DNA of 64,000 nt from an uncultured Burkholderiales bacterium (GCA_964403515.1 CAYOGL010000022.1:1078-65077), one strand, 5' to 3'; positions 48,768-58,975 are shown, numbered from the stretch's first letter. Notes: generated from the sequence alone by a model not told the origin. Made by a program: numbers and translations.

Positions 48768-51700
48768 TCAGTGCAGGCACCCCTGTGCGACCACGGCTTG
48801 CACGCGCGCCTGGAATTCCGGGCTCGCGATGAAGGCCTGGCGCAGCTGCTCACGCGTCTGCGCCCCTGAAGCGAGCTGGTTGATCCAGTACTGCACGCCG
48901 GCGAGATCGCCTCCCCGCCGCAGGAACGCGTTGTAGAGGTCGCCGACGTACTGCGCGTTCATGCGCGCGCGGGCGGCGTACTCGGCGCTGTTCAGGAACG
49001 CGCCCGAGATCGAGTCGACCTGCGCGTAGACCTGGCCCGGCCCCTGGCACTGCGCCGTACGGAACTGCTGCAGCCAGTACGTGAAGCCCGTGCTTTCCGG
49101 CAGGCGCCCGAGCAGCCCGCGATAGAAGTCCGTGACCACGTTCGCCTCGGCACGCGCCGAGCTCGCACCGAAGATGCCCTGGGTGAACGACTGGAACTCC
49201 GAGGAGAACATGAACGAGGCGAGCACGACCTCGCGCGGCATGCCGGCGCCGATCTGTCCCACCCAGTAGCTCGAGCCGCCAGCATCCGGCGGCCGGTTGA
49301 AGAACGTGTTGTACAGGTCGGCCACGAACCCGGTGTCGTCCCGCTGGAAGCCCACGTATTCCGCGCTCGTGAAGAACGCCATCGCCATCGCGTACCAGGC
49401 TTCGTTCACGTTCGCGCCGAGCGATTGCATGCGGGTCGCCTCGCCCGACCAGAAGCTCTTGCCTGGCGCATCCGGGTCGCGTCGAAGAATCGCCTGGTAG
49501 TAGTGCGTGACGAGGGATTTCTCGCCGATGCCGTTCAGCGCGATGTAGGTCGGACCGCCGCCGGCGTAGGCGACGACGAGAGAGCCGACCACCGAGCCGT
49601 CGGCGTTCGGCGTGAACGTGAGCGCCACGATGCAGCTCGCGCCCGGCGCCAGCACCGCGTTGGCGCAAGTCGAGCTCGCGATGGCGAAGCCGGCGGTCGT
49701 CGTGACGCCGGTCACCGTGACCGTGCCAGCGGAGGTGTTCGTGAGCGTGACGGACCGGGTGCCGGTCGTCGTATTCATCGACTCGGCGCCGAAATCGAGC
49801 GCCGCGAGCGCGGTCGTGAGCAACTGCACGACGATCGGGCCGTTCACCTGCACGGTCACGCCCGATGTCGTGGCGGCGTTCTGCCCATCGCCGGAGTACG
49901 CCGCGCTGATCGAATGGGCGCCGACCGAAAGCGACGACAGCGTGAGCGACGCCTGCCCCGCCGCGAGGCTCGCCGTGCCGAGCACGGTGCCGCCCTCGCT
50001 GAACGTGATCGTGCCCGTCGGCGCATTGCCCGTGACGGTAGCGGTGAAGGTCACGGCGGCCCCGAGAACCGACGGGTTGCGGTCGGCGGTGAGCGTGAGG
50101 ATCGCGCCCGTCATCACCTGGTGCGAGACCGTGTTCGAATTCGCGGCGCTGTTGCCGGCGTCGCCGGAATACGCCGCGGTGATCGAGTGCAGGCCGGGCG
50201 CGAGCGAAGCGCTGGAGAAGGTCGCGACGCCATTGGCGAGCGCGACCGCGCCGCCGAGGCTCGCGCCGCCGTCGGCGAACTGCACGGTGCCGCCCGGGTT
50301 GCTTCCCACGACGGTCGCGGTGAACGTGACGCTCGTGCCCTGCATCGAGTTGGCCGGGCCGGCGAGCGAGACGACCGGATTCACCGGGGCACTCGCGCTC
50401 GGCTGCGTGGGCGGAAGACACGTGGTGCTGCCGCCGGGGATGGTCGCCGCGCAGCGGCTGTTCGAGACGTCGAGCGATTGCGAGCCGTCGGTGCCCGTGC
50501 CCACGCAGAAGGTGGAGCCCGCCACGTTGTTCGCGAGCACGTTGTTCAGCAGGTTCACGGTCTGCGAGGCGGACGAAGTCACGTTGTTCGTGTACGCGCC
50601 GAGCTGCGACGCCGACACCTGCTGCGGCTGGCCCGACGCGTTGAGTTGCACGAGCACGCAGCCGCCGCTGTCCTTCATCCGCAGGGCGGCGCCCTTCAGC
50701 ACCGAAGCCGGCGCGTAGCCGTAGACGAAGATCGGGTGACCCGCGTCCTGCGCGCGGAACTGCACGCTCGCCTTCACGTCGACCACGGCGGTCGAGGCGT
50801 TGCCCTGCGCGGCGAGCAGGTACGGCGGGATCTTGGTGACCGGGATCGATTCGGCGCTCGCCGGGTCGAGGTCGAGGAACCAGTCGTTGGTCGCGATCGT
50901 GCCGGCGCCGCCGTCGCGCACCGTCACGCTCGAGACGATCTGGTCGGCGAACGTGCCGTTGCCCAGCGCGCCACCGCTGTTGCCGCCCCAGCAGTAGACG
51001 ACCCCGCCGGTCGTCTTCGCGCACGTGTGGAACTTGCCGCCCGCGATCGCGTTGATGCCCGGCGGCAACGCGGCGACCTGCATCGGCGTGGCGCTCGAGG
51101 AGACCGTGTCGTTGCCAAGCTGGCCGCGGGTGTTGTTGCCCCAGCAGTAGACGCTGCCGCTCGAGGTGAGCGCACATGCGTGGAACTGTCCCGCGGTGAT
51201 CGCGACGACGTTGGAAAGCCCGGTCACGCGCACCGGCGTCGAGCGGTCCGTCGTCGTGCCGTCGCCCACGCGGCCGTCGGGGTTGAAGCCCCAGCACATC
51301 ACGTTGCCCGACTGCACCGCGCACGCGAAGTACGCGCCGAGCGCGATCGAGCTCACGCCGCTCGCGAGCCCGCTCACCGCCACCGGCGTCCTGCTCGTGA
51401 TCGTCGTGCCGTTGCCGAGCTGCCCGTTGTCGTTGCGGCCCCAGCAGTGCACGCCGCCCGCGGTATCGAGCGCGCACGAGTCGTAGAACTCCGCCGCGAC
51501 CGCCTTGATGCCCGATCCGAGGCCGGCCACGGGCACCGGCGTGTAGCTCGCGACGAGCGTGCCGTCGCCCAGCTCGCCGAAGTCGTTGTCGCCCCAGCAC
51601 AGCGCCGCGCCCGCGCTCGTCACGCCGCACGTGTGATAGAAGCCCGAGGCGATCGCGGTGAACGTGTTGCCGCCCAGCACGGCCACGGGCGTGACGCTCG

Positions 51701-53186
51701 GCGAATAGTCGCCCGCACCGAGTTGTCCCTGGCCGCCCTCGCCCCAGCAATACGCGGCGCCGGTTCCGAGGATCACGCACGTATGCGCCATGCCGGTGGT
51801 GAGCTGCGTGGCGGCCGACGGCAGACCCGCGACGGCGACCGGTGTGGCCACGCTCACCGCGCGGCCGTTTCCGAGCTGCGTGTTGCGATCGTCGCCCCAG
51901 CAAAAGCCGTCACCCGCGACGGTGACCGCGCAGCTGTGATAGCCGCCCGTGCCGATCGAGGAGATGGAGCCGGCCACACCGACCGGAGTCGTGTTGTACC
52001 CGCCCGTGCTGGCATTGGAGAGCTGCCCGTGGCCGTTGTCGCCCCAGCACCACATGTCGCCGATGCTCGTGAGCACGCACGTGTGGTTCTCCCCCGCGCT
52101 GATGTCGACCGCCGACGCGATGCCGCTCACGAAGACCGGCGTGAGGCTGTTGGTCGTGGCGGCGTTTCCGAGCTGGCCCACGTCGTTGATGCCCCAGCAT
52201 TGCACCCGCCCGTCAGTCTCGACCGCGCAGGTGTGCTGGTCGCCGGTGGCGATCGCGATCGCGGCGCCCGCGAGCCCGGCGACCTTGACGGGGACCGTGC
52301 TGTCGGTCGTGGCGGCGTTGCCGAGCTGTCCGAAATCGTCGTGGCCCCAGCAATAGACGGCGCCGCCGCCCAGGATGGCGCACGTGTGATCCGAGCGCGC
52401 CGAGAGCGCGATCGCGGGGCCGGGCAACGTGACGTTCACCGCCGAGCTGCTGTCGACCGTCGTGCCGTTGCCGAGCTGTCCATGGTCATTCTGTCCCCAG
52501 CACTGCACGCCGCCCCCGGGCGCGATGATGCAGGTGTGGTGCTCGCCCGTGGCGACCGCCGTGGCGGCCGACCAGTCGGTCGTGTAGTCGCCTGCCGCCG
52601 GCTGCAGTCCCCAGCAGCTCACGAACGAACCGTAGAAGAGCACGCACGTATGCCCGCCTCCCGCGGCGAGCGCGGTCACGCCGTACGTCGCGCTGAGGGC
52701 CGGAACCGCGATGGAGCTGTTCGCGTCGTTGCCGCTGTTCAGCTCGCCCACGCCGTTCTCGCCCCAGCACATCACGCTGCTGTCGCTGGTCACCGCGCAC
52801 GTGTGGTACGTGCCCCCCGCGATCACGACCGGATTCGACAATCCGACGACCTGCGCAGGCACATCGCTCATCAGGTCGTCGCCGCTGCCGAGCACGCCCG
52901 AGCGGTTCTCGCCCCAGCAACGCGCCTGCCCCGACGTGTCGAGCGTGCAGGTGTGGATGTCGCCGGCGGCGATGGCGGGCGCGATGGCCGCGAATGCGCC
53001 CGGCGCAAGGGCGAGCAACGCCGCGGCGAGCAGCGCTCGCGCGACGTGCAGCGCGCGCGCCCCGACCGGCCGCGCGAAGGATGCGTTAGCCCTGCTTCCT
53101 GCCAAGGAAGCCTCCTCCCTGAAGGATTCCCGTCTTGTCGTGTCGGGGCACGGTGCCCCGATCGGATTTTGCGCCCGAACCGTCAA
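48768..53186 (-). CDS. Large secreted RCC1-repeat/Ig-like/ASH-like/DUF4214-like protein (exact start uncertain)
   Basis: Hydrophobic h-region ALLAAALLALAPGAFA; about 13 HTC...CWG.N..GQLG repeats; two Ig domains; shared C-terminal module. Confidence 0.88.
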   Translation of the reverse strand: MTVRAQNPIGAPCPDTTRRESFREEASLAGSRANASFARPVGARALHVARALLAAALLALAPGAFAAIAPAIAAGDIHTCTLDTSGQARCWGENRSGVLGSGDDLMSDVPAQVVGLSNPVVIAGGTYHTCAVTSDSSVMCWGENGVGELNSGNDANSSIAVPALSATYGVTALAAGGGHTCVLFYGSFVSCWGLQPAAGDYTTDWSAATAVATGEHHTCIIAPGGGVQCWGQNDHGQLGNGTTVDSSSAVNVTLPGPAIALSARSDHTCAILGGGAVYCWGHDDFGQLGNAATTDSTVPVKVAGLAGAAIAIATGDQHTCAVETDGRVQCWGINDVGQLGNAATTNSLTPVFVSGIASAVDISAGENHTCVLTSIGDMWCWGDNGHGQLSNASTGGYNTTPVGVAGSISSIGTGGYHSCAVTVAGDGFCWGDDRNTQLGNGRAVSVATPVAVAGLPSAATQLTTGMAHTCVILGTGAAYCWGEGGQGQLGAGDYSPSVTPVAVLGGNTFTAIASGFYHTCGVTSAGAALCWGDNDFGELGDGTLVASYTPVPVAGLGSGIKAVAAEFYDSCALDTAGGVHCWGRNDNGQLGNGTTITSRTPVAVSGLASGVSSIALGAYFACAVQSGNVMCWGFNPDGRVGDGTTTDRSTPVRVTGLSNVVAITAGQFHACALTSSGSVYCWGNNTRGQLGNDTVSSSATPMQVAALPPGINAIAGGKFHTCAKTTGGVVYCWGGNSGGALGNGTFADQIVSSVTVRDGGAGTIATNDWFLDLDPASAESIPVTKIPPYLLAAQGNASTAVVDVKASVQFRAQDAGHPIFVYGYAPASVLKGAALRMKDSGGCVLVQLNASGQPQQVSASQLGAYTNNVTSSASQTVNLLNNVLANNVAGSTFCVGTGTDGSQSLDVSNSRCAATIPGGSTTCLPPTQPSASAPVNPVVSLAGPANSMQGTSVTFTATVVGSNPGGTVQFADGGASLGGAVALANGVATFSSASLAPGLHSITAAYSGDAGNSAANSNTVSHQVMTGAILTLTADRNPSVLGAAVTFTATVTGNAPTGTITFSEGGTVLGTASLAAGQASLTLSSLSVGAHSISAAYSGDGQNAATTSGVTVQVNGPIVVQLLTTALAALDFGAESMNTTTGTRSVTLTNTSAGTVTVTGVTTTAGFAIASSTCANAVLAPGASCIVALTFTPNADGSVVGSLVVAYAGGGPTYIALNGIGEKSLVTHYYQAILRRDPDAPGKSFWSGEATRMQSLGANVNEAWYAMAMAFFTSAEYVGFQRDDTGFVADLYNTFFNRPPDAGGSSYWVGQIGAGMPREVVLASFMFSSEFQSFTQGIFGASSARAEANVVTDFYRGLLGRLPESTGFTYWLQQFRTAQCQGPGQVYAQVDSISGAFLNSAEYAARARMNAQYVGDLYNAFLRRGGDLAGVQYWINQLASGAQTREQLRQAFIASPEFQARVQAVVAQGCLH

Positions 53187-53210
53187 CGGCTCAAATCCGG
53201 GCGAGCCGCC

Positions 53211-53519
53211 TTATGCGGGGGGCGTGTGCGCCTCGATCTGCACCAGGCGGTTCGCCGCGGCCACGAGAGCGGCGGTCACCTCGCGCAGCAACGCGCGGGC
53301 CTCGCCTCCGCCCCCGAAGCGCAGCTCCTCGCGCACCAGGGCCACCGCCGCCGCCTCGACACCGAGATGCGCGCGCAGCAGCAACGCCTGGCAAGGGACC
53401 GGCAGGCGCGCGAGCTGCGCGCCGGGAATGGCGTTCACGTATTCGCGCACGAGACGCGACACGGCTTTCTGGTTGCGAGCCGCGTGCAGCTGCTCGCGCA
53501 TGCGCTGGAGACGATCCAC
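53211..53519 (-). CDS. Small helical hypothetical protein (family of 4374-4688)
   Basis: REQL..A.....V..LVREYV..I....LARLP..C; ends AAANRL. Confidence 0.75.
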   Translation of the reverse strand: MDRLQRMREQLHAARNQKAVSRLVREYVNAIPGAQLARLPVPCQALLLRAHLGVEAAAVALVREELRFGGGGEARALLREVTAALVAAANRLVQIEAHTPPA

Positions 53520-53589
53520 GAGGGGCTTCCCATGGAAAGCGCGCCGCTGCGGCGGGAGTGCCGCGTCATTGTGCGTTCGAGCCCAGCTG

Positions 53590-53946
53590 TCAGGCGCTGG
53601 AGCCGGTTTCGCGCTCGATCGCGAGGCGTTGCTCGTCGATCTGCACGATGCGCAGTGCCGCCTTGGTGAGGAAGCTGCTCACGCGATGGAGCACGGGCTG
53701 CGACTTCGCGTCGCCGCTGTACGCGTGGGCCAGCTTGAGGGCGTAATAGACGACGTTCCGGGCGTTGCCGATCGCGGACGGCCGCAGGCCTTCGGGCAGC
53801 TGGGCGACCTCGTGCGCATCGAGCCGCGCGAGGAACTCGCGCGTCACCGCCGCGACTTCGCGAGCGGTGGCCACCTCGTTCAGGCGCCCCTGCCAACCCA
53901 CGAGCGACGGGCTGGCTTCCGCATGCGTTGTGATCGGGGTGTCCAT
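53590..53946 (-). CDS. Small helical hypothetical protein (family of 4374-4688)
   Basis: WQGRLNEVATAREVAAVTREFLARLDAHEVAQLP..LRP; FLTKAALRI. Confidence 0.8.
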   Translation of the reverse strand: MDTPITTHAEASPSLVGWQGRLNEVATAREVAAVTREFLARLDAHEVAQLPEGLRPSAIGNARNVVYYALKLAHAYSGDAKSQPVLHRVSSFLTKAALRIVQIDEQRLAIERETGSSA

Positions 53947-54079
53947 GACGATGATGGCGGCTTCGACTCAGGCTCCATCATGTCGAATCGCCGCGTGCCG
54001 GTATGTCGGCGCCGCGTGCGCGCAAATGTCGGCTTGCGCCTACGCCATTCGGCGCACGGCGCGAGCGCACTCCGGGATA

Positions 54080-55102
54080 ATGTCGGCCATGGCCACCCTG
54101 CCCGATGCGTCCGCCGCGCTCGAGGACGCGCTCTCGCGCATGCATCTGCTCGCGCCCGGCGAGCGGGCGCGCCTGGTGCCCCTCGAAGGCGGCGTCTCCT
54201 CCGAGATCTACCGCGTGGAGCTGCGCACCGGGCCCGTCTGCGTGAAGCGCGCGCTCCCGCGGCTCAAGGTCGCCGCCGAGTGGCATGCGCCCGTCGAACG
54301 CAACCGCTGGGAAGTGCTCTGGATGCGCACCGCCGCTGCGATCGTGCCCGAGTTCGTGCCGAAGGTGCTGGGCGACGATGCCGCCACCGGCTCCTTCGCG
54401 ATGGAGTACCTCGAGCCGCGCGACCACCCGAACTGGAAGTCGCTGCTGCGCGACGGGACCATCGATGCGCGGGTCGCAGCCGAGGTCGCGCGCCGCCTGG
54501 TGCGGGTGCACGCGGCCACCGCGGGAGATGCGCACATCGCGCTGCGCTTCGCGACGGATTCGATCTTCCACGCGATCCGGCTCGAGCCCTACCTGCTCGC
54601 CACCGCCGCGCGCCACCCCGATCGCGGCGACGCGCTGCGAGCGCTCGCTGCGACCACCGCTTCCACGCGGCTCGCGCTCGTGCACGGCGACGTGAGCCCG
54701 AAGAACGTGCTCGTGGGGCCGCGGGGCCCGATCCTGCTCGACGCCGAGTGCGCCTGGTACGGCGATCCCGCTTTCGATCTCGCGTTCTGCCTGAACCATA
54801 TGCTGCTCAAGTGCGCGTGGCGCCCGCAGTGGCGCGACCGCTACCTCGAATGCTTCGACGCGCTCGCGCACGACTATCTCGCGGGCGTCACGTGGGAGGC
54901 GGCCGCGCGCATCGAGTCGCGCACCGCGCGCCTGCTGCCGGGGCTCTTCCTCGGCCGCGTCGATGGGAAGTCGCCGGCCGAATACCTGACCGGCGAGCGC
55001 GATCGCGACCGCATCCGGCGCGTGGCGCGCGCCCTGCTCGTCGATGCGCCCGAGCGCCTGGGCGAGGTGCGCGATGCATGGCGCGCGGAGCTGATGCGAT
55101 GA
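54080..55102 (+). CDS. APH/choline kinase-like phosphotransferase
   Basis: LEGGVSSEIYRV, CVKRA, HGDVSPKNVL, LLDAECAWYGDPAFD. Confidence 0.9.
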   Translation: MSAMATLPDASAALEDALSRMHLLAPGERARLVPLEGGVSSEIYRVELRTGPVCVKRALPRLKVAAEWHAPVERNRWEVLWMRTAAAIVPEFVPKVLGDDAATGSFAMEYLEPRDHPNWKSLLRDGTIDARVAAEVARRLVRVHAATAGDAHIALRFATDSIFHAIRLEPYLLATAARHPDRGDALRALAATTASTRLALVHGDVSPKNVLVGPRGPILLDAECAWYGDPAFDLAFCLNHMLLKCAWRPQWRDRYLECFDALAHDYLAGVTWEAAARIESRTARLLPGLFLGRVDGKSPAEYLTGERDRDRIRRVARALLVDAPERLGEVRDAWRAELMR

Positions 55103-56382
55103 GCACCGCCGACATCGTCGAGGTGAAGGGACGGCGCGTGTGGGATTCGCGCGGGCGGCCCACGGTCGAGGCGCAAGTGCGGCTCGCCGGTGGCGCGGTC
55201 GGCCGGGCCATCGCGCCGGCCGGCGCCTCGCGCGGCAGCCGCGAGGCCGTCGACCTGCGCGACGGCGGCGCTCGCTTCGGCGGGCTGGACGTCGAGCACG
55301 CCTTGGGCCACGTGAACGGCGAGATCGCACGCCTCCTCGTGGGTCGTGACGCACGCCAACAGCAAGCGATCGATGCCGCGCTCGCCGCGCTCGACGGCAC
55401 CGAGCCCCTCTCGCGCCTCGGCGGCAACGCGGTGATCGCCGCTTCGATGGCGGTGCTGCACGCGGCGGCCGGCGCGCACGGCGAGCCGCTGTGGCGCCAT
55501 CTCGCGCAGGGCCGCGCCGTGCGCCTGCCGATGCCCGAGATCCAGGTCTTCGGCGGCGGCGCGCACGCGGGGCGGCGCGTCGACGTGCAGGACTTCATGG
55601 TCGTGCCGATCGGCGCGCGCACGTTCGCCGAGGCGCTCGCGATCACCGCCGAGGTCTACCGCGCCGCGGGCGAGCTCATGGCGCAAGCCGGGCGCCTGCA
55701 GGGCGTGGCCGACGAAGGCGGCTACTGGCCCGCGTTCGATCGCAACGAGGACGCGCTCGAGATGCTGGTGCGCGCGATCGAGGCGGCGGGATTCGTGCCC
55801 GGCGAGCAGGCCGCCATCTCGCTCGACATCGCCGCCTCGGAATTCGGCGCGAACGGCCGCTATCGCTTCGAGGGCCGCGACCTCGACCGCGACGCGCTCG
55901 CGGCGCTGCTGCTCGGCTGGATCGAGCGCCATCCGATCGTGAGCGTCGAGGATCCGCTCGCGGAGGACGATGCCGAGGGGCTCGCGCGCTTCACCGCGGC
56001 GTGCGGGGAGCGCGTGCAGGTCGTCGGCGACGACTTCCTGGTCACGAACGCGCGGCGCATCGGGGAAGCCGCGGGCGCGGGCGCGTGCAACACGGCGCTC
56101 ATCAAGCCGAACCAGGCGGGCACGATCAGCGCGACGCGCGCCGCGGTCGAGGCCGCACGCGCGGCACGCTGGCGCACGATCGTCTCCGCGCGCTCGGGCG
56201 AGACCGAGGACGTCACCATCGTGCACCTCGCCGTCGGCTGGGATGCGGGCCAGCTCAAGGTCGGCAGCTTCGCCCGCTCCGAGCGCATGGCCAAATGGAA
56301 CGAAGGCCTGCGCATCGAGGAAGCCCTCGGCGCCGATGCGCGCTTCGCGGACTGGAGATCGCTAGCGAGGGGAGTTAGGTAA
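55099..56382 (+). CDS. eno: Enolase homolog (divergent paralog)
   Basis: DSRGRPTVE, GAS, DEGG, LDIAASE, EDP, GDD, LIKPNQ, RSGETED; ATGA overlap with the kinase. Confidence 0.88.
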   Translation: MSTADIVEVKGRRVWDSRGRPTVEAQVRLAGGAVGRAIAPAGASRGSREAVDLRDGGARFGGLDVEHALGHVNGEIARLLVGRDARQQQAIDAALAALDGTEPLSRLGGNAVIAASMAVLHAAAGAHGEPLWRHLAQGRAVRLPMPEIQVFGGGAHAGRRVDVQDFMVVPIGARTFAEALAITAEVYRAAGELMAQAGRLQGVADEGGYWPAFDRNEDALEMLVRAIEAAGFVPGEQAAISLDIAASEFGANGRYRFEGRDLDRDALAALLLGWIERHPIVSVEDPLAEDDAEGLARFTAACGERVQVVGDDFLVTNARRIGEAAGAGACNTALIKPNQAGTISATRAAVEAARAARWRTIVSARSGETEDVTIVHLAVGWDAGQLKVGSFARSERMAKWNEGLRIEEALGADARFADWRSLARGVR

Positions 56383-56394
56383 ACGAAAAGCCAG

Positions 56395-56438
56395 GGAACC
56401 ACAGATGAACACAGATATCTGTGTTCATCTGTGGTTCC
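56395..56438. repeat. Perfect 44-bp palindrome between convergent genes
   Basis: GGAACCACAGATGAACACAGAT followed immediately by its exact reverse complement. Confidence 0.95.
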
Positions 56439-56463
56439 AACGCCTTTTGCTCGCGTCACTCCC

Positions 56464-57141
56464 TCACTCGATGAGGCGATGCTTCATCGCGTAGTGGACG
56501 AGGTCCACGTTGGTGTGCAGGCCGAGCTTCTTGAGGATGCGCCCGCGATAGGTGCTCACGGTCGAGGGTGAGAGGCGCATCTCCTCGGCGATCTGGTGCA
56601 GGGTCTTGCCCGAGGCGAGCAGCCACATCACGCGGTACTCGCGGTCGGAGAGCCGCTCGTGCGGCGGCCGCTCCTGCTCGGGCGTGAGCCGCGAGGCCAG
56701 CTTCTCCGCGAGCGTCGGGCTCACGTAGCGCCCGCCCGTGGCGACCTTCTTCACCGCCGCGGTGAGCTCCTCGGGCGCGCTCTCCTTGGAGATGTAGCCC
56801 GCAGCGCCCGCCTTCAGCGCGCGCAGCCCGTGCGGATCCTCGGGATAGATGCTCAGGATCAGCACCGGCCGGTCCGGGTAGTCGTGCTTCACCTCGGACA
56901 GCAGCTCGACCCCGCCGCGGCCGGGCATCGAGTAGTCGAGGACCGCGACGTCCCAGTCGACCTGGTGGGCGACGTCGAACGCTTCGTCGCCGTCGCGCGC
57001 CTCCGCGACCACGTTCACCTCCGGGTCGGAGTTGAGCATCTGCTTGAGTCCCTGGCGCACGACCGGATGGTCGTCGGCGATGAGCACCTTCACGGGATGG
57101 CCCGCGGTGCCGTGCATTACGGAGGAGGATGCGAAGCTCAT
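56464..57141 (-). CDS. NarL/LuxR-family response regulator
   Basis: VLIADDHPVVR, VLDYSMP, LSDREYRV, STVSTYR.RILKKL. Confidence 0.95.
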   Translation of the reverse strand: MSFASSSVMHGTAGHPVKVLIADDHPVVRQGLKQMLNSDPEVNVVAEARDGDEAFDVAHQVDWDVAVLDYSMPGRGGVELLSEVKHDYPDRPVLILSIYPEDPHGLRALKAGAAGYISKESAPEELTAAVKKVATGGRYVSPTLAEKLASRLTPEQERPPHERLSDREYRVMWLLASGKTLHQIAEEMRLSPSTVSTYRGRILKKLGLHTNVDLVHYAMKHRLIE

Positions 57142-57143
57142 AG

Positions 57144-58277
57144 TCAGGCGTGGAACACCGTTTGTTGTTGGATCATTGGAATCGTCACGGAGACCTGCGT
57201 CCCCTTGCCCTCCTCGCCTTGCACGTCGAGCGTGCCCGCGAAGGGCAGCACGCGCTCCTTGAGCCCGAGGAAGCCCAGCGAGGTCGGGCTCTCGAACTCG
57301 GCGGGCTTGATGCCCCGCCCGTTGTCCTCCACCGTGAGGCACAGGGTCCGGTCCTCGGACTCCCGCAGCTTCACGTCCACCCGCGTCGCGTTCGCGTGGC
57401 GCGCGACGTTGGTGAGCAGCTCCTGGAAGATCCGGAAGATCGCCGTGGAGCGTTCCTTGTCCGGATCGACGAAGCGTGGCGGCAACTCGACATGGCAACG
57501 GATTCCCGTGCGCCGCTGGAACTCCCGTGCCTGCCACTCGATGGCGGCCGCGAGCCCGATCTCGTCGAGCACCTCCGGCCGCAGCCCGGACGCGATGCGC
57601 CGGACGGAATTGATGATGCGATCGATCGCCTGCGACATCGCGTGCGTCTTCTCGGCCACCGCGGCCGCGTCGTCGACGCCGTGGCCCTTGGCGAAGGAAG
57701 CGATGTCGTACTTGAGCCCGGTGAGCGCCTGGCCCAGCTCGTCGTGGATCTCGCGCGCGATGTGGATGCGCTCTTCCTCGCGCACGCTCTGCAGGTGGGC
57801 GGCGAGCGCGCGCAGGTTCTCCTCGGAAGTGCGCAGCCGCTGCTCGGTCAGCGCCCGTTCGGCCAGCTCGGCGTTCAGCATGCGGTTCATGTCGTGCAGT
57901 CCGATGAAGATCGACAGCTTCGAGCGCAGCACCTCGGGGATCACGGGCTTCACCATGTAGTCCACGGCGCCGGCCTCGTAACCGCGGAACATGGAGAGAA
58001 CGTCCTCCTGGGCCGCCGTCATGAAGATGATCGGCGTGTATTGCGAGCGCTTGCGTTCGCGGATGAGCCGGGCGGTGGTGAACCCGTCGATGCCCGGCAT
58101 CTTCACGTCCATGAGGATCGCGGCGAAGTCCTCCTCGAGCACGCAGCGCAGCGCCTCCTCGCCCGAGTGCGCCTTCACCAGGCGCGTGCCGAGGTTGGCG
58201 AGGATCCCCTCGAGGGCCATCAGGCTTGCGGGATCGTCATCCACCATGAGGATGCTCGTCTGCGGGAAACCCGCCAT
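57144..58277 (-). CDS. Cytoplasmic histidine kinase with N-terminal receiver (HisKA_3 type)
   Basis: ILMVDDD, LMDVKMP; EERIHIAREIHDELGQ.LT; QELLTNVARHA; EDNGRG. Confidence 0.93.
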   Translation of the reverse strand: MAGFPQTSILMVDDDPASLMALEGILANLGTRLVKAHSGEEALRCVLEEDFAAILMDVKMPGIDGFTTARLIRERKRSQYTPIIFMTAAQEDVLSMFRGYEAGAVDYMVKPVIPEVLRSKLSIFIGLHDMNRMLNAELAERALTEQRLRTSEENLRALAAHLQSVREEERIHIAREIHDELGQALTGLKYDIASFAKGHGVDDAAAVAEKTHAMSQAIDRIINSVRRIASGLRPEVLDEIGLAAAIEWQAREFQRRTGIRCHVELPPRFVDPDKERSTAIFRIFQELLTNVARHANATRVDVKLRESEDRTLCLTVEDNGRGIKPAEFESPTSLGFLGLKERVLPFAGTLDVQGEEGKGTQVSVTIPMIQQQTVFHA

Positions 58278-58279
58278 GG

Positions 58280-58975
58280 TCAGTCGGCGAGGACGAGGAG
58301 CGAGTAGCCGCCGAGGACGCGGGCGGCGAGGTCGGCGTTCAGCGCGTAGAGCGCCTGGCGCGGCCCCTTCAGCAGGCGCGTCTTCCACCCGAGGCCCGGC
58401 AGGTCCGTGCGCCCCGAGGTGTAGCAGTGGTCGATCACGCGATAACCGGTGTCCGCGAGCGTCGCGAGCGCGGTCTCCTTGCAGAAGTGGTGGATGTGGC
58501 CGACGGCACGGCGCTGCTCGAGCAGCGGCCGCCCGCGCGCGACCATGAGCGCGGACAGCTCGAGCGGGATGTGGAAGACCTTGTGCGCCGCCTTGGTCTT
58601 CAGCCGGCGCAGGAAGGAGAAATAGTCCTCGACGTGCTCGAACACGTCGATCGCCATCGCGACGTCGAAGCGCTCGGAGTCGTCGAACACGTTGCCGAGG
58701 CGGAACTCCAGGTTGCCCCCCGCCTTCGGCGCGCACAGCGAGTACGCCTGGGGCGAGATCTCGTAGCCGACGAAGCGGGTCGTGGGCGCGAGCTCCTCGG
58801 CGAGGTGCACGAGGATCTCGCCCGCGCCGCAGCCCACCTCGCAGACGCTCGCGGGCGCGATGCGGTTGCGCTCGAGGAGGCGCGCGATGTGGCCCGCCTT
58901 CCACGCCGAGTCGCCCGCGTGCCATCGCGGGTTGTTCCGCAGGTAAGTCCCGTCGCTGTAGATCGTCGCCATCAT
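58280..58975 (-). CDS. Class I SAM-dependent methyltransferase
   Basis: VCEVGCGAG, FVGYEIS, DVFEHVED. Confidence 0.9.
   Translation of the reverse strand: MMATIYSDGTYLRNNPRWHAGDSAWKAGHIARLLERNRIAPASVCEVGCGAGEILVHLAEELAPTTRFVGYEISPQAYSLCAPKAGGNLEFRLGNVFDDSERFDVAMAIDVFEHVEDYFSFLRRLKTKAAHKVFHIPLELSALMVARGRPLLEQRRAVGHIHHFCKETALATLADTGYRVIDHCYTSGRTDLPGLGWKTRLLKGPRQALYALNADLAARVLGGYSLLVLAD

Noticed and set aside
49425-53669. 1414-aa plus-strand ORF and many other long overlapping ORFs in the track (e.g. 48850-51903, 14032-16125, 8826-10517)
   Set aside because: R/A/G/P-rich shadow frames of well-supported genes, expected at this GC content; no motifs.
52711-55098. Apparent 800-aa N-terminal extension fused to the enolase (ORF 52711-56382)
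   Set aside because: The extension overlaps real genes on both strands and is low-complexity; the enolase starts at ATG 55099, overlapping the kinase stop.
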